Under the pieces are notes generated by a model. The model was given only the letters and a program-made list of their open reading frames with translations, did not search any database and was not told the origin of the DNA. From assembly GCF_001194135.2 (NCBI RefSeq), contig NC_069000.1, positions 10,191,310 through 10,237,131 of the forward strand: a stretch of 45,822 bases of DNA, read 5' to 3'. Below, piece after piece: positions 36,662-45,822 of the stretch; the stretch's first letter is position 1; every line of letters starts with the position of its first letter. A program made the translations under genes and the position numbers. This stretch comes from Octopus bimaculoides (taxonomy: Eukaryota).

Positions 36662-38299
36662 TTAAAGTTGCTATAGGGAAGATAGTGTATGTAGGAAGGA
36701 TAAAAAAGAGAGGTTTTAAGTGAGGGTATACATGCATGCAAATGAATGCATCGTGGGTAATTAATGCTGTCATGTGGTGGTCAAGGAGCATCTTCTAACA
36801 AAGAAGATTTGAAGTTTTCTGTTTATCTACAAAGATACTAACTTCAGTAATGACATCATGACACTATATCAAATTCAAAAGATTCAATTATGTGAAAACA
36901 TATTTAATATTTATAATGTGGTAATCTGCTTAAAACATATTTAATATTAATGCAAAATATGAGCAGATTAAGTCACAAAATACATAAAACTTTAAAATAC
37001 TGAACTGCCCAGAAAACATATTGCAGAGAATTTTGTATGACTTCATATTGTTAAAACCTGTTACATTTAAACTTGTGATCGTATATTTTGTTTAAAAAAG
37101 GTTACAGTTACATTTCCCTTTGGCAAGTCATGCTGACAGCTAGATTTCTGTTTGAAGACCTCCTCTTTATACTCTGGAAACATACTGTAGAGCTGTACCC
37201 CTATGGGTTGCAGAACATGTATGGGTTATAAGGCCAACATTATTATTTTTCAGCTAGACTAAATAAGTTGTAGATACATTTATAGTGTCATGAATATTCA
37301 ATAGATTTTCACAGACTGAACACTTTGGTTCAGAAACAGGCTGGTAGCAAGTTGTTTCAGACGACTAGTGACAAACAGAGGGAGTTGGGAAGAATTCATT
37401 CCATGAAAGAAAAGACCTGCCCCAAGAACCCACTGAAATACAAAAACTTTCAAATTCATCTAACATGTGCTAGCTCTCTAATGTCTAAATAAATAATCAA
37501 TATGCAAATGAAAATCGTTCATTGGTTCGATTTAAAAAAATTAAATTTCCATTATATATATTTGTCCCGTTTTATATGAAGTATTAAGAAATTTGAAAAT
37601 AAGTTATTCAAGAAGCTACTTCAATGCAAAATGGTGCTGAGAAACCCCTTTGGGAATTGAACAATTTGCTTGCTGAATAGCAGACAGCTATGTTAACTGC
37701 TACAGCAAGGAGACCTTGATAATTTTCAAATGTCTAAATTATATTTATAATTATTTAAATGTCAATAATTTGTTACAACTGCCAGATATAATTATATAAT
37801 TGCGTGCATGTAGTAATGTTTTGCAAATATAAAGAATCTTTAAAACTCATCAGAGCCTTCAATTTTGTTTGTTTTCTTCTCATAGGAGTTTGGTAAATGG
37901 AGTGTCGACAATTATTACCAATAGGTGTCATAAGGTTAAGGGGGAAAAAAAAAAAGATATATGTAATAGCAAAAAAAAGAGAACATTAGTTTTCAGAATA
38001 TATTATTAGAATATATATTTGACATTGAAATATCTTGATAACAACTGTGAAATTTTGAAAATGAAGCACGAAAAGAAGTAATTATATTTATTTAGAACAT
38101 CTATATCATTGTGAAGGAGTGGAATCGGTTTAAAGAAAATTGAAATATTTTTAGATTCTATGACAAAAGCGATTAATGAGGAACTTGCTTTTATCTAATC
38201 ACTAACAAAAATGGCTCATTTGGTCTCAAATAGTGTGAAACCGATTTCCAAATGAATGGTCTTTCCAACTATCAACAGAATGGAGAGGATATGCAAGGA

Positions 38300-38468
38300 A
38301 ACAGGTTTCGAATTTTGGCACAAGGCCAAAAATTCTGGTACTTATTCTATTAACCCCTAAAGGATGAAAGGCAAAGCTGATCTCAGTGGAATTTGAACTC
38401 AGAACAGAGATGGACGAAATGCCACCAAGTATTTGTCCAACATGCTAATGACTACTTGCTCACCACCT
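38300..38468 (-). mobile_element. SINE family B
   Basis: ttttggcacaaggcc..ctggtacttattc..ggatgaaaggcaaagctga. Confidence 0.85.
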
Positions 38469-38914
38469 TCATATGCAAGGAAAGTATGTAAAAAAAAATG
38501 TGCATGCACATAACAACATGGTTAAGAAGGATTTTGTTTCACAACTGTATAGTTTCAGGTTCAATCCTACCATGCAGAATCTTGGATTAACTAGTGCCTT
38601 TGATGTAAAATTTAGCAGAAAGAGCCATTGATTATGCATACAGGCTACCCACCAAAGTAATGCACAAGTGAACATAACTTTGCTATTAAACGGCATAAGT
38701 CATTCAAATTGTGCATGTTGGCATAGCAACCCTTCTTCCTGATCTTCATTGCAGGCTAATAACAGATTCCAAGCAGAAGCAACATGTAATTACTGAGTTC
38801 TTGATAAATTTCAGGTGTAGGCTGTCTGATGTCCAAAGAGGGTAGCAAGTTATGTAGGTTGATGACATCAATGATAAGAGCAATTTGCAAAGATGGATGG
38901 ATGAAGAAGTTTAG

Positions 38915-39229
38915 CCCATTATCATTTAAACTGGACATGCTTGGCCCAAATGTTCTGGCTGCTTTATGTTCAAACTGACCATATCCAGCCTACAATGTCA
39001 ATCTAAAAACAGATAATCCTTTCCAATATAGGTACAAGACTTGAAATTTCGGGGGAAGAGATAAGTTGATTACATCATCCCTAGTATCCAACTGGTACTT
39101 ACTTTATCGATCCCAAAAGGACGAAAGGCAAAGTCGACCGTAGCAGAATTTGAACTCATAACATAAACACAGACAAAACAATGTGAATAAATAATGCATT
39201 ACATTTGACTGTAATCTGAATGCTAAGGG
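38915..39229 (+). mobile_element. piggyBac-type MITE family 1 carrying a nested minus-strand SINE B (about 39020-39177)
   Basis: ttag|cccattatcattt ... aatgctaaggg|TTAA. The MITE interior resumes at aaaacaatgtgaataaat. Confidence 0.8.
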
Positions 39230-39294
39230 TTAAAGAAGAGAGAAACCAGCATTGAAGACAATGCATGCAGCGAAAGACCATCAATTGTGATCAC

Positions 39295-39530
39295 ACGGAA
39301 TTTGAACTCAGAATGTAACGGCAGACAAAATACTGCTAAGCATTTCGTCTGGCGTGCTAACGTTTCTGCCAGCCCGCCGCCTTGTTTCTATTAACCAAAT
39401 CCACTCACAAGGCTTTGGTTAGCTTGAGGCTATAGAAGAAGACTCTTGCTCAAGGTGTTATGTGTTGGAACTGAACCTGGAACCATGTGGTAGGAGATCA
39501 AAGTTGCTACCACACAGCCACACCATGTAC
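39295..39530 (-). mobile_element. SINE B head (39295-39385) next to a SINE A fragment (39385-39530)
   Basis: gaatttgaactcagaatgtaacggcagac..gccagcccgccgcc, then ccaaatccactcacaaggctttgg..ccacacagcc. Confidence 0.85.
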
Positions 39531-40099
39531 GCGCTTCCATCTATAAAACTCTACTATATATCAAGACTGGAATTATTTTGTAGATGGAAACATATTTACA
39601 TATCTATATATATATATATATATATGCAGTGTCTTCCATGAACAAATGTAAATACTGACCAAAAAAATCACTAAACCTACGCTTTGGAACAAAACTTTCT
39701 TTTTTTTTTTTTTTTTTTTTTGTTCACCTTTTTTTAATTTATTTTTTGTATAATATCTGTACTGCCCAAATTACACAGACAATCCCTTGTCACTCTCGCT
39801 GTTGTAAATGCAGTGAACCGGTGATTGGCCCATTGGAAACCTGTAGCCAACAAAGCTATTTACTCACAAAATGTGATATCAAAAATAAATAAGATAAGAT
39901 ACTGCGATATTGTAAAAGTACACAGGACAACAGAGGCGCAGAGTAATTAGTTTTAAATCCATAAACAAAATGAGGACATGGAAAGACTGGTGTGGGTTAG
40001 ATAGGTCTGTAAAGCACTACATGTTTTATGTGCCTGACCTAACTGATGCTTGTTTGTTTGTTTGTTTTTTTGGTTTACTTTTTTGTTATAAATATATTT

Positions 40100-40212
40100 A
40101 TTTTTCATAGTTAGGATCCTCTCTGTTCTTCTGGCTTTCCATTATCAATTCGCACTGCTTTTTCGACCAACTTGCATCATCCATTTGCATCACATGTCGA
40201 GACAACACAGCT
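40100..40212 (-). mobile_element. RTE ORF2 C-terminal fragment
   Basis: RHVMQMDDASWSKKQCELIMES resembles GHVMRM.ED..VKKC..L.VEG. Confidence 0.55.
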
Positions 40213-40917
40213 CTCTCTCTCTCTCTCGCTTTCTCTCTACTATACCTCATATATGTACGAGTATACATACATACACATGCATGTGTGTGTATTTGTGTGT
40301 CTGCATGCATCTACAATTCGATATTATTATTAAAACACAACAACAACAAAAATGACAACTAAAAGACAAGCATGAATAACAATGATATTGATTTAGTCTA
40401 TGAACAGATAAGAAAAGTTGACATTGTCCTCCCTCTTGTGACTAAAACCATCTCAGATATATAGCTAATCTCATTCTGATCAGAAAAACAAAACAAAGCA
40501 AATAATAATAACAATAATAATAATAATAATAACTGCAATACTGTAGCAAGTAAAAGTAATTTACTACTAGTTATATGTGTGAGGGGACGGCTGGGTGACA
40601 GCACTAGAACAAAGACCGAAGCAATAAATTACTAAATAAGTATGAAAAAGACATTGCAAAGCTACATTTATGTGTGCAAAACGAAATGCAATAGACAAAA
40701 GGCTGTGGTTCATAAAAACTGGAGTAAACAAAAAACATTCATTCATAAGTTCAAATTCAACTAGAGAGATTGTTTGGTTAAGCCAGTAGTTTTCTGCTGG
40801 GGTCCATATAAGATTTTGCTGTAAAAGTTTATGTGTAATAAATTGGTTGTACTTTTACAATACACAAAATATTTTCACATATTCACTTTTTTGTTTTTTT
40901 TTACACAATTCCAAATA

Positions 40918-41170
40918 ACAGGTGCAGGAGTAGCTGTGTGGTAAGAAGCTTGCTTCCCGACCACATGGTTCCGGGTTCAGTCCTACTGCCTGGCACCTTG
41001 GGCAAGTGTCTTCTACTATAGCCTCGGGCCAACCAAAGCCTTGTGAGTGGATTTGGTAGACGGAAACTGAAAGAAGCTCGTCATATATGTAAATATATGT
41101 ATATATTTGTGTATGTGTGTGTGTCCTTGCCCCCCCCCCACTCCATCGCTTTGACAACTGATGTTGGTAG
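40918..41170 (+). mobile_element. Young SINE family A, 5' portion
   Basis: Near-identical to 23952-24200. Confidence 0.9.
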
Positions 41171-42069
41171 CAATTATAGCATCACTTAGAGAAATAACAG
41201 AAATTAGTAGCTGAGGAGAAAGAAAGGATGATTAAAATTAAAAAAGAAACTATAAATAACAGGCATAGTTTAAAAAAAAAATAATAAAATAAAAGAGTAG
41301 TAATAGCAAAGTGATGGTTTTGAAGACTGTTGAAATTACATCTGTTAATTCCCACAAAGTCTTCATCTGTTACATAATTGCATTGAGTAAGGCAACAGGG
41401 TGAAGGAAGAGAAGAGAATTCCTTTGTTTGTTGCAGGATTATGAAGATAAGGGAGAGAAAAAGACATTGGGTTCTTCAAGCAACATGGTTGGTGATGAGT
41501 GGGCATCCAGCTGTAAAATGTCGCTCTATGTTGCCAGATGCAAAGGGCTGTGACAGGAGGTGAGACATGATGATGATAAAGATGGTGATGATGGTGGTGG
41601 TTATAGTGGTAACAGTGATGGAGATGATGATGATCATCAGGATGATGGGCGGCAGAGGTGGTGTCCGTCGTGGTGAAGGTTGCTAATGAGAATTGTCAAC
41701 CGTCTCAACACAGCAATAACGAAACCAGATAAATGGTCAACAATTCTTTATTTTGAAAATAGAAATGTCTTTTTACACATCCAATGTAAAAAGTGTGACG
41801 GGTGGAGTAAAACATAAATTTTATAGGTAATTATTAAACAGAAATTAATAGAAAGATGGTTACAGTGTTATGAAATAATACTACTAACAAATGAGTGTGG
41901 AATTTACTTAACCCTCTGGTGATACTTGGGCCAACTGATCAGCCCATGTGATACAAGCTGAAAAGACTTTGAGGCCAATCCATTGGCCCGATGAAATAAA
42001 TGTTTTGAAGTGTAATAGCCAATCAGAGTGCCAAGTTATAGGGACGTAAACAAACCAGCACCAACTGGA

Positions 42070-42195
42070 CAGGCTTCCACACAGTTTCCATCTACCAAAT
42101 TCACACACAAGGCATTGCTCAGGATGCCATACAATAGGATTGAACCTGAAACCATGTGATTTTGCAAATCAAGCTTCTCAACCAGAGAGCCATTA
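42070..42195 (-). mobile_element. SINE family A fragment
   Basis: ggcttccacacagtttccatctaccaaattcacacacaaggc. Confidence 0.8.
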
Positions 42196-43387
42196 TTCTA
42201 TAGAATAAGTCCTAAGACTTCTGTTTTATCTTTGAAATAAAAAAGACGCAGTTTCAGAGTGATTTTTAGGACCATGCAGAGGCCTTGCTCCACATCAATT
42301 CTCTCCAATTCCAACTCACTTAACTTACAATGGTAATTTGAGTAATTTGGCAAAAACAACAACAAGAACAACAAAGAAAGCGAACCAAGCAAAACAATAT
42401 CTGTTTCATCCCTTCATTAACCCCCCCCCCCCAACGAACATCTCACTCTTGAGCACTTTCATTTTCTAGCAACGATGCATATTTATTATATTTATCATCA
42501 AACTGCAGTTGTTAAAAGCTCAGCATTTCTGCACTGAATCATTNNNNNNNNNNNNNNNNNNNNNNNNNNNNNNNNNNNNNNNNNNNNNNNNNNNNNNNNN
42601 NNNNNNNNNNNNNNNNNNNNNNNNNNNNNNNNNNNNNNNNNNNNNNNNNNNNNNNNNNNNNNNNNNNNNNNNNNNNNNNNNNNNNNNNNNNNNNNNNNNN
42701 NNNNNNNNNNNNNNNNNNNNNNNNNNNNNNNNNNNNNNNNNNNNNNNNNNNNNNNNNNNNNNNNNNNNNNNNNNNNNNNNNNNNNNNNNNNNNNNNNNNN
42801 NNNNNNNNNNNNNNNNNNNNNNNNNNNNNNNNNNNNNNNNNNNNNNNNNNNNNNNNNNNNNNNNNNNNNNNNNNNNNNNNNNNNNNNNNNNNNNNNNNNN
42901 NNNNNNNNNNNNNNNNNNNNNNNNNNNNNNNNNNNNNNNNNNNNNNNNNNNNNNNNNNNNNNNNNNNNNNNNNNNNNNNNNNNNNNNNNNNNNNNNNNNN
43001 NNNNNNNNNNNNNNNNNNNNNNNNNNNNNNNNNNNNNNNNNNNNNNNNNNNNNNNNNNNNNNNNNNNNNNNNNNNNNNNNNNNNNNNNNNNNNNNNNNNN
43101 NNNNNNNNNNNNNNNNNNNNNNNNNNNNNNNNNNNNNNNNNNNNNNNNNNNNNNNNNNNNNNNNNNNNNNNNNNNNNNNNNNNNNNNNNNNNNNNNNNNN
43201 NNNNNNNNNNNNNNNNNNNNNNNNNNNNNNNNNNNNNNNNNNNNNNNNNNNNNNNNNNNNNNNNNNNNNNNNNNNNNNNNNNNNNNNNNNNNNNNNNNNN
43301 NNNNNNNNNCTGCAGTTTGATGATAAAACTTCAGGTTCTTTTACAATAACCCAAACCAAGTGTCTCTGTTTCCTAAGGAAGCACATG

Positions 43388-43799
43388 TTTTTACTCTTTA
43401 CTCTTTTTACTCTTTTACTTGTTTCAGTCATTTGACTGTGGTGATGCTGGAGCACCGCCTTTTAGTCGAGCAAATCGACCCCGGGACTTATTTTTTGTAA
43501 GCCTAGTACTTATTCTATCAGTCTCTTTTGCCGGACTGCTAAGTGACGGGGACATAAACACACCAGCATCGACAAGCAATGCTAGGGGGACAAACACAGA
43601 CACACAAACACACACACACATATATATACATATATACGACGGGCTTCTATCAGTTTCCGTCTACCAAATCCACTCACAAGGCTTTGGTTTGCCCAAGGCT
43701 ATAGTAGAAGACGCCCAAGGTGCCACGCAGTGGGACTAAACCCCGGAACCCTGTGGTTGGTAAGCAAGCTACTTACCACACAGCCACTCCTATGCCTAT
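43388..43799 (-). mobile_element. Young full-length SINE family A
   Basis: Complete from head (ccacacagccactcctatgcct) to the (TTTTACTC)n-type tail. It explains ORFs 43419..43739 and 43424..43621. Confidence 0.95.
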
Positions 43800-44335
43800 G
43801 GACAAATATTATTGCATATATGCCATGTCTGTTAGAAACAGTAGTCAAATCTCCCTCATATTAACAACACTGTGTACTGCTTTGAAAAGAAGTGATTTTA
43901 CTGAATAAATATTATTGCATACATGCCATGTTTGGTTAAAATACAGGATAAAGAAGCATCTATACAGTTGAAGCTTACCATTCTGGTATTTCTACCATTC
44001 TTAACAGTAGCCAAATTTCCCTCGCTTCAAACACTCTACTGCTTTGAAAATAAACGAAGATTTTAATGGATAAAAATTCCTTGCATGCATGCCCATGTCT
44101 AATTAAAAGACTGGGCAAAGAAGCAGCTATGTAATCAATGAAGATGTTAGAAATGGCAACCAAATCTCCCTCAAATTAACAATCTACTTGCCCTTAAAAG
44201 GAAGTGACTCTCTCATAGGATAAACATACTGGCACACATGTAGTATCTGGATAAAAAGAACAGGCAATCTTTATCTTTGATCATAAGGTCTCTTCAATCA
44301 AGCTGACTCGGGGCTAAACAACAACAAAAGCTGAC
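43800..44335 (+). mobile_element. LINE-type 3' UTR with diverged tandem units and an (AAC)n tail
   Basis: The core caaat(c/t)tccctc recurs at about 43847, 44011 and 44160. The region ends ggggctaaacaacaac. Confidence 0.6.
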
Positions 44336-44878
44336 AAAATAATGACAACAACAACAATTTACTTTTATAATATTTGTTGCTTGGGATTTGTGCAGAAGAC
44401 TAAAAGCATTTTAGAATGTAGTTAAGATTAGACTTGATGAGGTTCCCCTAAGGTCAGTGAACATCAGACAAGCTGCTGCTAACATGATAAATTACACAGG
44501 CACAAATTGTTAGTTATGCAAAAGGCAATTGTTGCTTCAAGTGATGAGAGACAACAGCTACATGGGAAGAGAGAGGGAGGGAGGGAGGGTAGTGGTAAGA
44601 GATTGAGAGTAAGAGNNNNNNNNNNNNNNNNNNNNNNNNNNNNNNNNNNNNNNNNNNNNNNNNNNNNNNNNNNNNNNNNNNNNNNNNNNNNNNNNNNNNN
44701 NNNNNNNNNNNNNNNNNNNNNNNNNNNNNNNNNNNNNNNNNNNNNNNNNNNNNNNNNNNNNNNNNNNNNNNNNNNNNNNNNNNNNNNNNNNNNNNNNNNN
44801 AGAGAGAGAGAGATTTGGGTCAAGGCTAACCATTCTATTGAATAGATCACTTTTCAAGGTAGATGTGTGTGTGTGTGT

Positions 44879-44923
<45 letters not shown>

Positions 44924-45162
44924 TCTCTCTCTCTCTGCATGTATATAGGAGGAGAAAGAGAATATATACAGATATTTTCCTTCACCCTTAACATTGTGGG
45001 ATGCCAATAGGTTGTTATGTATGGTAGGAAATAAGGGAGATGTCAATCCCTTCCCCTACCCTGCCCTGAACTCAGTTAATAATAAGGGCATAGAAATGAA
45101 CCAGCAAAACAAAAATACATGGGGCAGAAATTATAATTTTCATTTATTATAGGCATGGCTCA

Positions 45163-45328
45163 TAGGTGCAGGCACAGAGTCCTAGAGTTTTAAGAAGCTC
45201 ACTTTGCACTCACATGGTTTCAGGTTCAATCCCACTTCTTGGCATCTTGGACAAGTGTCTGCTAATAATAGCCCCAGGCTTACCAGTACCTTGTAAGTGA
45301 AATTGGCAAGTAGAAACTGTGTGGAAGC

Positions 45329-45384
<56 letters not shown>

Positions 45385-45440
45385 CACACACACACACAGA
45401 GGAAGAGACACAGAATAAGTACCAAACCACTAACCCATGC
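45163..45440 (+). mobile_element. SINE family A, diverged, with an (AT)n expansion
   Basis: aggtgcaggcacagag..catggtttcaggttcaatccc..ttggacaagtgtc. Confidence 0.8.
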
Positions 45441-45449
45441 ACCTTCACA

Positions 45450-45763
45450 AGTTATAGGAAGAGAAGAAGAGACTAGAAAAGGAGAGATGGAGTAAAACAT
45501 GTAAAGATAGAATGCAGAATGTAGAGGGGGAGGTAGCTGTATGGAGAGATAAAGAGGCGAAGAGACAAAAAAAAAGAAAGACAGGAAGAAGAAAGGCAAA
45601 GAAAAAGAGACAGGGGAGAAAGAGAGAAAAGGAAGAGAAGGGAAAGAGATAGAGAAAGAGTAAAAGTGAGATGGTAAAGAGGAAAGGACATTTTTAAAGC
45701 GAGAGAAAGACATTGATAGAGAGATAGCGAGACAGGGTGAGAGATATAGATAAGTAGACATAA

Positions 45764-45822
<59 letters not shown>
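45450..45822. repeat. Purine-rich low-complexity tract ending in (AG)n
   Basis: Direct inspection. It explains the L/S/F-rich minus-strand ORFs. Confidence 0.9.

Noticed and set aside
37313-37492. 59-codon open frame LNTLVQKQAGSKLF.. after ttttcacag
   Set aside because: There is no recognisable homology or further support, and such frames are expected by chance at this length.
40784-40830. cagtagttttctgctggggtccatataagattt, resembling a hAT MITE terminus
   Set aside because: A single short end with no partner TIR or TSD.
41437-41559. 123-nt plus-strand exon candidate (ttgcag..gag|gtgaga), open in phase 2-2
   Set aside because: It contains the RTE-tail motif gggcatccagctgtaaaa, so it is probably a decayed repeat, and no homology was recognised.
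22772-43799. tRNA-like A/B boxes at several loci
   Set aside because: They are SINE heads, with no complete cloverleaf. No tRNA, rRNA or CRISPR array was found.

Overview
AT-rich, microsatellite-dense eukaryotic DNA with four N gaps. The repeat content (tRNA-headed SINEs of OR/OK type, RTE 3' ends with (GAT)n tails, TTAA-flanked MITEs) points to an octopod cephalopod, probably Octopus. That assignment is inferred from recalled repeat families, not from a search. I found no intact or recognisable protein-coding gene. Nearly all ORF-track entries are microsatellite, N-gap or SINE artefacts. The window reads as deep intronic or intergenic sequence, layered with three SINE families, two piggyBac-type MITE families, a GGAGTC-motif MITE, and decayed RTE, CR1/L2 and Penelope fragments. 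The leads most worth checking are: a decayed RTE C-terminus with two or three tandem C2H2 fingers; a canonical AG|GTAAGT recursive-splice-like site; several small, phase-compatible plus-strand exon candidates together with a minus-strand bias of SINEs; a recently duplicated 134-bp LINE-tail unit; and closely spaced inverted SINEs that could form ADAR substrates. None of these is established. Repeat boundaries are approximate, about +/-20 bp unless stated.
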